Positions 1 to 7,574 of a stretch of DNA of 29,027 nucleotides are shown one piece after another. Under the pieces are notes generated by a model that had not been told where the DNA came from, did not search any database, and was given only the letters and a program-made list of their open reading frames with translations. Made by a program: the position numbers and the translations under genes. Source of the DNA: a virus; IMG/VR virus record IMGVR_UViG_3300014039_000003, positions 64,001-93,027 of that record. One strand, written 5' to 3'. The first letter of the stretch is position 1. Every line of letters starts with the position of its first letter.

Positions 1-1117
1 TTATAGCAAGGCTCATGCCACCAGATGTATCTGTTTTACCGCCGTGAAGAACGCTGTTTGAACCGCAGTTCTCCCAATACTGTTCAACCGAACGAGTAAC
101 AATATCGACTGTGCTTATGCCTCTGTCTTGATCGAAGTTGAAATCCTCAACCTTGAACGGGAGCACAGCTGCACCAACCTGCGGCGGGAGTGCATTGCAG
201 AGGTGAGTATAATACTGCATCGCCAAATTCCAATCTATCGTCGGCGCTCCCTGACTATCGAGTTCGATTCTACCGACAAGTACCTTGTAATTAGCGAGTT
301 CGGTCGCTGTCTCCTGCAATGCCTTATAATTTTCTATATCCAACAGGTCGGGGAGGCAACCAACATAAGGCGGTATAAACGCTCCTTGGTCGCCGTCTGC
401 GGTACAGAACGGGAGACACCAAGATATCTCTTCGGGGACAAACTGCCTCTTAACGCCGTCAGATTTATAGGCATTCCACATCTTGGTGAACTCAGGCGGA
501 TAAAATCCAAGCTCGTCCTCTTTAATCTGAGACATATCAACTGTATAGAGATAAGTACCGTCGGCGATAGCTTCAACAGTACAATAGTCGGCATTGATTT
601 TTTGAATAAAGAATGAATCCCCGGATTCCCACGACACGCCGAAGAAGATTCCCTCGCGCACCGCGCTCACGGCAGCCTTGGAAAGCTCGTTCTTCAGATT
701 CCAAACCTCACACTTTTTAGCCGCAGCAAGATATTGCTTCTGAAGATTATTGGCTTTCATCTTAGACTCATCATATCCAAGAGGGTAAAGCACATAATCC
801 CACAGCCACATATTTGCTTGATAGTTAATAAGGCGACGATACAGCGGCGAAGCATTGTAAAGATACATCGACGCGTTGCGAAGACTCTTTGCGTTTGTTG
901 ACGGATTTTTAAGCCACGTCAGAATATTTTCCTTTGTATAGGTGGAGTACGACTGACCTCGACTCTGTTGCGAGGACGCAGGATTGCTTATATTTCTTTG
1001 AGCTATCTTCTGTGCGTATAAAAGAGCTTTATGAAACTCCGCCTTTGCCGCTTCAAGGTCAACTTTCTTTTGCTCTTCAGCTGAGGGCGGCGGAGCCGTT
1101 TCTTTCTTTTTTGCCAC
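1..1117 (-). CDS. Phage portal protein (SPbeta YonE-like), 3' end truncated by window edge
   Basis: Not in the ORF track because it runs off the window. Hand translation from GTG at 1117 (SD AGAAAGGAGG upstream) is open to position 2: MAKKKETAPP...YSTYTKENILTWLKNPSTNAKSLRNASMYLYNASPLYRRLINY...IPPYVGCLPDLLDIENYKALQ. It lies directly downstream of the terminase large subunit. Confidence 0.8.
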   Translation of the reverse strand, partial: MAKKKETAPPPSAEEQKKVDLEAAKAEFHKALLYAQKIAQRNISNPASSQQSRGQSYSTYTKENILTWLKNPSTNAKSLRNASMYLYNASPLYRRLINYQANMWLWDYVLYPLGYDESKMKANNLQKQYLAAAKKCEVWNLKNELSKAAVSAVREGIFFGVSWESGDSFFIQKINADYCTVEAIADGTYLYTVDMSQIKEDELGFYPPEFTKMWNAYKSDGVKRQFVPEEISWCLPFCTADGDQGAFIPPYVGCLPDLLDIENYKALQETATELANYKVLVGRIELDSQGAPTIDWNLAMQYYTHLCNALPPQVGAAVLPFKVEDFNFDQDRGISTVDIVTRSVEQYWENCGSNSVLHGGKTDTSGGMSLAI

Positions 1118-1132
1118 TTCGCGCCTCCTTTC

Positions 1133-2887
1133 TTATTTAATAATAGGTTTCTTGAACGCAAACACTTTGCGTTCGGGTGGTTTGTTGCTGGGCTTGAGCT
1201 TTCTTTCAAGCTCCTGAACAACCCAATAGTTGTAACCGACCGATGACACTCGGTCTTTTCTCATACCGGACTGTTCTTTGACCTTTATCAAAGTACCGGT
1301 AGGTGTGTATTTCAGACTTATTATCTCGTTAATAAAGAGCGTCGTATGAATATATGGAAGCAGAACTTTACGCTTCAACTCGGCGTCGTCAAGTATAGCT
1401 TGAACAATACCTCTCGGCAGTTCATAAAAGTCATTTTCAGAACTAAGAAGCTTAATCTTATTCTGCTTAAAGCCGTCGCGTAGCGCAAGATACATATCAT
1501 TATTAAACTGACTTGTAGCCTGTATTGCCCAAATAACCTTTTTAGCCTCTCTGTCCGTGCAACGAGCGGCGTACACGTCGTCATTACAACAACTGAGTGG
1601 CGGGTAGGTAACATTGTACTCCGGGTCATATATGTCGCGCACGAGAGCGTCGTACACGCCTATACCAAGACCCTTAACATCGAGAGCTATGTCGGTACAA
1701 TGGAACTGCTCGTACAACCTGCGTATACGTAAGGCGAGGTCGTTCGTGTGAAGTCCCTCGTGATTCTCCGTATATATGAGGTTGCTGATGTATCTATTCT
1801 CCGAATTAGGTATAGCCCTGTTAATCCATATAGACGCGGCGTCGTTGTTTTGCTTCTTGGAAGCCAACAGCGCAACGTCGGCAGAAAGAACACGTCTCTC
1901 ATTAAATGCGAGCGGAGGTATCTTCTGCTTATAGTTAGGTATAAGAGAGCTGATATAGTCGGGATATATGGCTTGCTTTATCTGACGAGTTTTGGCTATA
2001 TCGTCATAAGAGAACAGCGAGCCGTCCGTATCTCCGAACCACAAGCACTCCATTTCCATGCCGAACGTCGTCTCAGACTGGTCGCCCTCGGAAAGCTCGT
2101 CCGCTATCTGATTCTTGTCAAGCAGGTGCTCTTTTATTGAAAGCTGATAGGGGAGTCCACAGGTGAAATATCTGCGCTGATCGTCGCTCATATTCTTTGC
2201 GTATGTCTGAAGCTTACCAAAAGACCAATGGGACTTATACCATGCAGACGAAAGATAGATTTCTTTGTTTCTCTCGGTCAAATGCGCATATTTAGGATTG
2301 TTGAGATATCCCGGATTTCTCGGAGCCGTCAAAAATCTTTTAAGAACCGTCTGAATAATAGTGAGCGGTATCATACGGAACTCATCGCAGATGATAATAT
2401 TAGCTCTGTTGTGTCGAGCTTCATCATTTGCAGTTACGACAAATATACGAGATGTGTTCCTAAACACAATCTCCGCTTTGGACTGATTTATTGTTATGCC
2501 CTTCGGCTCTATCTCTAACTGAAGATTAGCGGAGTTGGGCATAAGAATCGTTTGTATTTTCGTTAAGACCTCGACGGACTGTCCACGGGTCTTAGACGCA
2601 ATACAGATAGCTGTACCGGGGTACAAAATACAACGTACACAGCAGAACACGGCGACCAGAAAGGTCTTTCCCTGCCCTCTTGCTGCGATGTACATTATAT
2701 AGTTGCACCAGTTCATCATATACAGGATTATCTGCTGAAAAAGCTTAAGCTTAATATTAAGATAATCCATGCAGAAACGGTGAGGGTTAGCCCTATAGAA
2801 CGAGCACCACGCGTCCACGCCGTTCATAATTCGCTTAGCCTTGTCGTTGGCTAACTCGCGGTCGCTGAGCTTATTCCGTGTCGCCAT
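1133..2887 (-). CDS. terL: Terminase large subunit
   Basis: Walker A AARGQGKT, Walker B IIICDE, nuclease motifs VLSADVA and KDRVSS. Start moved from GTG 2902 to ATG 2887 (MATRNK), which has GGTGA upstream. Confidence 0.9.
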   Translation of the reverse strand: MATRNKLSDRELANDKAKRIMNGVDAWCSFYRANPHRFCMDYLNIKLKLFQQIILYMMNWCNYIMYIAARGQGKTFLVAVFCCVRCILYPGTAICIASKTRGQSVEVLTKIQTILMPNSANLQLEIEPKGITINQSKAEIVFRNTSRIFVVTANDEARHNRANIIICDEFRMIPLTIIQTVLKRFLTAPRNPGYLNNPKYAHLTERNKEIYLSSAWYKSHWSFGKLQTYAKNMSDDQRRYFTCGLPYQLSIKEHLLDKNQIADELSEGDQSETTFGMEMECLWFGDTDGSLFSYDDIAKTRQIKQAIYPDYISSLIPNYKQKIPPLAFNERRVLSADVALLASKKQNNDAASIWINRAIPNSENRYISNLIYTENHEGLHTNDLALRIRRLYEQFHCTDIALDVKGLGIGVYDALVRDIYDPEYNVTYPPLSCCNDDVYAARCTDREAKKVIWAIQATSQFNNDMYLALRDGFKQNKIKLLSSENDFYELPRGIVQAILDDAELKRKVLLPYIHTTLFINEIISLKYTPTGTLIKVKEQSGMRKDRVSSVGYNYWVVQELERKLKPSNKPPERKVFAFKKPIIK

Positions 2888-3893
2888 AATCTTCACCGTC
2901 ACTTATAATGGCATCCAACAACGCGTCGTCGTCGCCCTCGTATTCAGGCATTTCAACACGGTATTTTGCCATCTCTTCCTCGTAAGCCGCGCTATATTTG
3001 TTTTGTATTCCCAACATCTTGCACAGATGTCCGAGGAAGTAAACCGTTATGTATTTGCGGATTCCGTCAACATCCTGCCATTCGGGGAGCGGCTCTGAAA
3101 TGGGGCGTTCATTTTCCCATTTCTTGATAAGAGTACCAAAGGTGTTTTGCTCAACCATAGCGTTCTCATTATTCTGACTTGGCTTTAAGTTTGCCGTGCC
3201 GAGGAGGTCTTGGAATACCTTGAGTGCCTCTACAAGCTTCATAGACCCCTTGCCTTGCTGAGCTTTTAGAATATTGAGCTGAGCAATACACAGATTCTTG
3301 AAGACCTCTTCCTGAGATTTAGTAGAGCACTCATGCCGCGAAGTCCAGTCGTCGTATTGCTCTTGAAGAAACTTAAGCTCTTCGGGTTCAAATCCGCCAC
3401 CGAAGAACGCTAAGGTCTTCTGCTTTATTTTGATTTCAGAACTATTGTTCTTTAAATCCTCTACGTCATTAATGACGGTTTCCTCGTCGCGTATAGTGTC
3501 ATCGTAGGTTTTGCCCTGATAACAACGCAGAGACATCTTAGACACATATGAGCTCATGCGGCTAAAAGACGCCGAGCTCTTCTCGGTTGCATCATATATC
3601 CTTTTTGAGAAATACCAGTCGAACTTCTGACATAGACGCTTCGTCGCCTCCATCTCCGAGCCAAGTTCGTCAGTATACAATTCAAATAACTCCTCGACGC
3701 ACGAGCGGCACACAGGGATAAATCCGTCGTTGCCGACATGGATAGGGGATTGTGACCTATAAAAATTACCGGTAAGCTTCGTATATTTTTTGCCGCACAT
3801 AGTGCAGTAGAACTCGGTTCGACCGTTAGACGACGCGGGCTTTTTCTTTTTCTTTGAGGTCGATTTAGAGCGACCTATTGAGTTTTGAGCTAT
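2871..3893 (-). CDS. Zn-finger protein upstream of terL (candidate terminase small subunit / YonG-like)
   Basis: CTMC...CRSC zinc-binding pair, basic N-terminus, overlaps the terL start. The SD AAAGGATGTG overlaps the GTG at 3902, so ATA at 3893 is the better-spaced start. Confidence 0.6.
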   Translation of the reverse strand: MAQNSIGRSKSTSKKKKKPASSNGRTEFYCTMCGKKYTKLTGNFYRSQSPIHVGNDGFIPVCRSCVEELFELYTDELGSEMEATKRLCQKFDWYFSKRIYDATEKSSASFSRMSSYVSKMSLRCYQGKTYDDTIRDEETVINDVEDLKNNSSEIKIKQKTLAFFGGGFEPEELKFLQEQYDDWTSRHECSTKSQEEVFKNLCIAQLNILKAQQGKGSMKLVEALKVFQDLLGTANLKPSQNNENAMVEQNTFGTLIKKWENERPISEPLPEWQDVDGIRKYITVYFLGHLCKMLGIQNKYSAAYEEEMAKYRVEMPEYEGDDDALLDAIISDGEDYGDTE

Positions 3894-3913
3894 ATTACCC
3901 ACATCCTTTATAT

Positions 3914-3939
3914 AAAAATAGCGCCCCTATACGGGACGC
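3914..3939 (-). terminator. Intrinsic terminator after the tRNA cluster
   Basis: Minus strand reads GCGTCCC-gtata-GGGGCGC followed by TATTTTT. Confidence 0.55.
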
Positions 3940-3951
3940 AAAAAGTTAAAT

Positions 3952-4025
3952 TGGCGGCGCTTGCAGGATTTGAACCTACACTATCAGAGCCAAAATCTGA
4001 TGTGCTGCCCTTACACCAAAGCGCT
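3952..4025 (-). tRNA. tRNA-Gln(TTG)
   Basis: Cloverleaf with anticodon arm TCAGA-TTTTGGC-TCTGA, T arm GTAGG-TTCAAAT-CCTGC and encoded CCA. A1:C72 is mismatched. Confidence 0.85.
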
Positions 4026-4348
4026 GTGTTGCAGGACTCGGGCGGATATCGCTTGCATAATACCCGCCCAAAGTTCTGCTTAAGGAGGAATGAAATTTTG
4101 AAGCCGCTTGCAAGCAGCCGACAAAATGGAGTTGTCCAAAGGAACCGCCCGTATGGGCGGCATTTGTAAAACTAAGGAAACGTCGTAACGCCTCCTATAC
4201 AAAGGCGAATGAGCCTTTTGATAACCTAAGTTAAATCCAAGTCGCGCCTTTTCATCAGCCATCGGGATTTTTACGGCTTAACAAGCCGCCGCCGAGCGCT
4301 CAGGCAGTCCGATACTTAACTTCTCGCGCTTCCTCGCGCTTGGATTTG
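4026..4348 (-). ncRNA. Putative structured RNA between tRNA-Thr and tRNA-Gln
   Basis: No credible ORF. Contains several stems (GCCGCCC/GGGCGG, GCAGAACT/AGTCCTGC, AAATCCAAG/CTTGGATTT) and UCCUU tracts. Confidence 0.5.
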
Positions 4349-4423
4349 TGGAGCATCCTGCGTGACTCGAACACGCAACCCGCTGCTTACAGGGCAGCCG
4401 CTCTACCATTGAGCCAAGGATGC
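4349..4423 (-). tRNA. tRNA-Thr(TGT)
   Basis: Acceptor stem GCATCCT/AGGATGC, anticodon arm GCTGC-CCTGTAA-GCAGC, T loop TTCGAGT, CCA. Confidence 0.9.
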
Positions 4424-4532
4424 AGATACTCGGATTTGATATCGCTGGGACACATCATAGAGAGGTGCGGATAGTCTGACGTACCGAGCTTGTGGCATAA
4501 CCCACACGTCCCCGTTGCGCAATACGGGATAT

Positions 4533-4607
4533 TGGAGCCTTATGTTGGATTTGAACCTACGCGCTTCCGGTTAACAGCCGGACGCTCTTCCACTGAGCTA
4601 ATAAGGC
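4533..4607 (-). tRNA. tRNA-Asn(GTT)
   Basis: Acceptor stem GCCTTAT/ATAAGGC, anticodon arm TCCGG-CTGTTAA-CCGGA, CCA. The discriminator base is T. Confidence 0.85.
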
Positions 4608-5073
4608 AGATATTGACTTTGCATCAAATAAGGACTAAAATATGCTTGCCCATTTCGCGTGCCACAATAAGCGCGAGGGTAAGAAAGGAGCTGGTGTTTT
4701 TGTCCCAGTTTTTGATCTTGCCTGTCTCTGAAGCAAAGCCAATGCATGGGCAGAACGTGTATTAACACGCTCCGCAGTTCCCTACTGCTAAAGTGCGGTC
4801 GCCTTGGTTAAGAAAGGAACGCCACATCACGTCCATGACTCTCGGTAGTAAGCAGTGCAGATGCCGGTTACTCAGCCTACTGGTGGGTTATAATGGCCAG
4901 AACAGAATTAAAAGGACCAAAAGGAAAACCCTGTCTTACGAGTACGAAGTCAGGTGTTACCGATTGTCATTGCACCAAGGTTCAGAGAAAACAAATAGGG
5001 GAGAACTGCCGATGATGATGTGCTCGGTAGTTCTTTTGAACAAAAGGAAATATAACAAGACTCGCTTGTTATC
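4608..5073 (-). ncRNA. Putative ~465-nt multibranched RNA between tRNA-fMet and tRNA-Asn
   Basis: Long-range stems CCTTGGT/ACCAAGG (4803-4980) and TGCCCAT/ATGGGCA (4647-4752), local hairpins such as AGAACTACCGA/TCGGCAGTTCT, and many UCCUU tracts. No credible ORF. Confidence 0.5.
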
Positions 5074-5149
5074 TGGTTGCGGAGGCAGGACTTGAACCTG
5101 CGACCTCCGGGTCATGAGCCCGACGAGCTACCAACTACTCCACTCCGCA
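5074..5149 (-). tRNA. Initiator-type tRNA-fMet(CAT)
   Basis: Anticodon arm TCGGG-CTCATGA-CCCGG has the three consecutive G-C pairs of initiator tRNAs. Acceptor stem TGCGGAG/CTCCGCA, then ACCA. Confidence 0.88.
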
Positions 5150-5182
5150 ATATGTTTATTTTAAAACAACAGCAAGCAAACC

Positions 5183-5458
5183 GTCTAACAACTGTCTAAC
5201 ACTATTATTATTCAGCGATTTTTCGCACCACGCGAACCGTTTATTAATTGCGTTATATGGGAAAATCATGGTTCTACACTGTATGAAATCGAATGATACT
5301 GTTTGATATTCGCGTCACAACCACTGTTAACCGCAGGGTCGTTGGTTCGAGTCCAACAGGGGGAGCCATCTCAGAAGCCTTGAGCCTCAACGGGTTCGGG
5401 GCTTTTCCCTTTTCTAAAATAGCTCGAAATTCCCATGTGTCTAACATTTTGTCTAACA
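5183..5458. mobile_element. attP site: core is the 3' half of a host-type tRNA-Asn(GTT) (5324-5368, + strand), with GTCTAACA arm repeats
   Basis: CTGTTAACCGCAGGGTCGTTGGTTCGAGTCCAACAGGGGGAGCCA has no 5' tRNA half. Direct repeats GTCTAACA occur at 5183 and 5194 (left) and at 5439 and 5451 (right). The site adjoins the integrase 3' end. Confidence 0.85.
5373..5413 (+). terminator. Terminator following the att-core tRNA 3' half
   Basis: GAAGCCTTGAGCC...GGGTTCGGGGCTTT stem followed by TCCCTTTT. Confidence 0.55.
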
Positions 5459-6607
5459 CGCCTGAGCTAAAGTTTCGCGAATAATTTCAGAGGTCATCTT
5501 TTTCCTCGACAAATCAAGATGACCGTATATATTACAAGTCATTTTTATATCGGCGTGACCCATCCAATCTTGGACATCCTTGAGCGAACAACCTTTGGCG
5601 AGAAGAAGGCTCGCACAACTATGTCTTAGATCGTGGAATCTTATATGCGGGAGATTATATTTTCTCAATAGGTCTCCGAATTTGTGCGATATATATGACG
5701 GGTCGTACATTGCGCCATTCGCCCATTTGAAGATATAATCATTCTCCACATAGGCGTCTCCAAAGAACTCTCTGTTCTTCTGTTCCTCTTCTTTGAGCTG
5801 AAGCAGTAGCTCTCTAATTTCAGGAAACAGCGGAAACGACCGATAACTTGATTTGTTTTTGGTTTTGTCTTTCTCGACAACCTTGGTTGACATAGAGACC
5901 GTGTGACGTATAAGGATAGTATTTGTGTCAAAATCAATGCTTTGCCACTGTAGACCCAAAACCTCACTGCGCCGCAGTCCATACATGACTGTAGTTTGGA
6001 TGAGCGGATGCAAAGGTTCGTCCTTTATGGTCTCAAGCAGAGTGTTAATTTCACTGGCGTTATACCACTCATACTCCCGTCTCTCAAGTTTTGGGAGCCT
6101 CACGAGTTCACAGGGATTAGACCTTATGAGCTTATGCCGCATAGCCTCCTTAAAGGCAAGCTGAAGAACATTCTTATGCAGACGAAGGGTTTTAGGTGAT
6201 AGACCGCCATTCCCATCTTTTCTGCCGTGGGTCGCCTTATAGTCAAAATATTGCTGTATATTGTCAAGGTTGGCATCCACTAATTTTATTTTGTGTTCCT
6301 CAAAATACGGTTGAACATGAGAATCAACTATAACCTTATAGCCATCCCACGTTACAGTGTCTATGAAGGGTTTTGTCTCCGTGAGCCATTGGTCTAAGTA
6401 GTCTGAGATAAGTATGTTGGGTTCATAAATAAGCTGAGCACTTTCATACTCGCTGATTATAGACCGCATAGCCGCCTCAGCTTTACGCAGATTATTCTTT
6501 ACTTCATAACCTGTGTAAACCCACTTCTGCTTACGCTTTCCAGTGTTGTCTACGAAATTCAGAACGGCATAATATTTGCCGCGTTTTGCTTGCAAGCTTC
6601 CTGTCAA
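5453..6607 (-). CDS. int: Tyrosine recombinase / phage integrase
   Basis: Catalytic motifs GLRRSE, FHDLRHS and MGHADIKMTCNIYGH, plus an N-terminal arm-binding region. TTG start with SD AGAAAGGAG. Confidence 0.95.
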   Translation of the reverse strand: MTGSLQAKRGKYYAVLNFVDNTGKRKQKWVYTGYEVKNNLRKAEAAMRSIISEYESAQLIYEPNILISDYLDQWLTETKPFIDTVTWDGYKVIVDSHVQPYFEEHKIKLVDANLDNIQQYFDYKATHGRKDGNGGLSPKTLRLHKNVLQLAFKEAMRHKLIRSNPCELVRLPKLERREYEWYNASEINTLLETIKDEPLHPLIQTTVMYGLRRSEVLGLQWQSIDFDTNTILIRHTVSMSTKVVEKDKTKNKSSYRSFPLFPEIRELLLQLKEEEQKNREFFGDAYVENDYIFKWANGAMYDPSYISHKFGDLLRKYNLPHIRFHDLRHSCASLLLAKGCSLKDVQDWMGHADIKMTCNIYGHLDLSRKKMTSEIIRETLAQAC

Positions 6608-6650
6608 TTAAATAATCTCCTTTCTGTAGTCCGCTTGCTGTTGTACGGTC

Positions 6651-6678
6651 ATTTTAGCACAACAGCACAAAATGTCAA
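6651..6678 (-). promoter_or_regulatory. Sigma-A promoter for int
   Basis: TTGACA-16 nt-TAAAAT with an extended -10 TG. The -35 box overlaps the xis stop codon. Confidence 0.6.
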
Positions 6679-6851
6679 CTACCGGCAGAAAGAAAATTTT
6701 CAATACTCTTTTTAGTAATTAAGTAACTTGCACCTATACGAACAGAGGGAATAGCGCCGCTATGCACAAGGTCATACGCCGTCTTCCTTCCTATTCGCAA
6801 CATTGTCTGCATCTCTTTAACAGTTACCACATCAGGATAATTGTCAAACAA
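6675..6851 (-). CDS. xis: Excisionase-like helix-turn-helix protein (58 aa)
   Basis: Hand translation: MFDNYPDVVTVKEMQTMLRIGRKTAYDLVHSGAIPSVRIGASYLITKKSIENFLSAGS. It has a typical HTH_17/Xis pattern and sits directly upstream of int. Confidence 0.85.
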   Translation of the reverse strand: MFDNYPDVVTVKEMQTMLRIGRKTAYDLVHSGAIPSVRIGASYLITKKSIENFLSAGS

Positions 6852-7147
6852 TCAAATCATTCCATTCCTATAAATTTTTATCAGTGCCCTGCGGAAACTG
6901 TCTACTCCTCATCAGTGGAGCGACTTTCTATCCGCAGGGTCTTTTCGTTCCTACTTACGGCAAGGGATTTCCGCTTTTTTAAGTCCCAACTTACGGTATG
7001 GGATAACCGCTTTTTTAGTTCCCGCCGTGAGCTCACGACTTCGCAAACCCCACGACTCGTCTACCGCTTATGGTGCGGCGCATCCTCGCAGGGCGTAATC
7101 AGTAACTGTATAACCGCCATTATTGCAGTTTGTAAAAAGAAGTATCG

Positions 7148-7252
7148 TTATATCACACCGAGGCTCGCAAGCAGCTGGATAATTGCCACGATAGCGATAC
7201 CACCGGTGAGAGCAAAAACATTTAAAAAGTTATAGATTAATGCAATCAGCAT
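7148..7252 (-). CDS. Small hydrophobic membrane peptide (34 aa)
   Basis: MLIALIYNFLNVFALTGGIAIVAIIQLLASLGVI with strong SD AAAGGAGAG, immediately after the HU stop codon. Confidence 0.6.
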   Translation of the reverse strand: MLIALIYNFLNVFALTGGIAIVAIIQLLASLGVI

Positions 7253-7264
7253 AATATCTCTCCT

Positions 7265-7555
7265 TTACAGGTCAGCGTAGTCGGGCTCAGTGCTCGGAAA
7301 GAACGCCACGCCCGGCACAAATTTGATAACATCCGACGGCTCCGGCACACACATCTCTCCCGTCACCGGGTGTCGGTAAGGCTTCGGTTTACGCCTGACC
7401 TTCTGAAATGTACCAAAACCATATATTGACAGCTTATCTCCGTCGTTAACGACCTTGGAGATAGCATTGCACACTGCATCAATGCAGAACTCTGAGTCAC
7501 CAAGGGTGAGAGAGTTATCTTTTGCCACAAGTCTTATAAGTTCCTTGCGATTCAA
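7265..7555 (-). CDS. hup: HU-family DNA-binding protein
   Basis: MNRKELIRLVA...LSIYGFGTF...RHPVTGE...KFVPG. TTG start at 7555 with SD GAAAGGA; the track start at 7681 overlaps the upstream gene. Confidence 0.9.
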   Translation of the reverse strand: MNRKELIRLVAKDNSLTLGDSEFCIDAVCNAISKVVNDGDKLSIYGFGTFQKVRRKPKPYRHPVTGEMCVPEPSDVIKFVPGVAFFPSTEPDYADL

Positions 7556-7574
7556 ATTATCTTCCTTTCTTTCC

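Noticed and set aside
4320-4348. Theta/HDV-like ribozyme next to a tRNA
   Set aside because: The TCCTCGC word is on the strand opposite the tRNAs, and I could not build the nested double pseudoknot after any CCA end.
4608-5073. tmRNA, RNase P or SRP RNA
   Set aside because: No tRNA-like ends, tag ORF or recognisable conserved cores were found.
4793-5095. Plus-strand ORFs in the tRNA region (3885-4169, 4490-4765, 4793-5095)
   Set aside because: They are antisense to tRNAs, lack properly spaced SDs and have no protein-like features.
5293-5368. Complete plus-strand tRNA-Asn gene
   Set aside because: There is no D arm or 5' acceptor strand, and the bases before the anticodon loop do not pair with CCGCA. 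It is an att core.
6900-6930. Hammerhead ribozyme (CTGATGA on the minus strand; also at ~4252-4258)
   Set aside because: No correctly placed GAAA and stem III. At 6909-6915 the motif sits in a hairpin loop.
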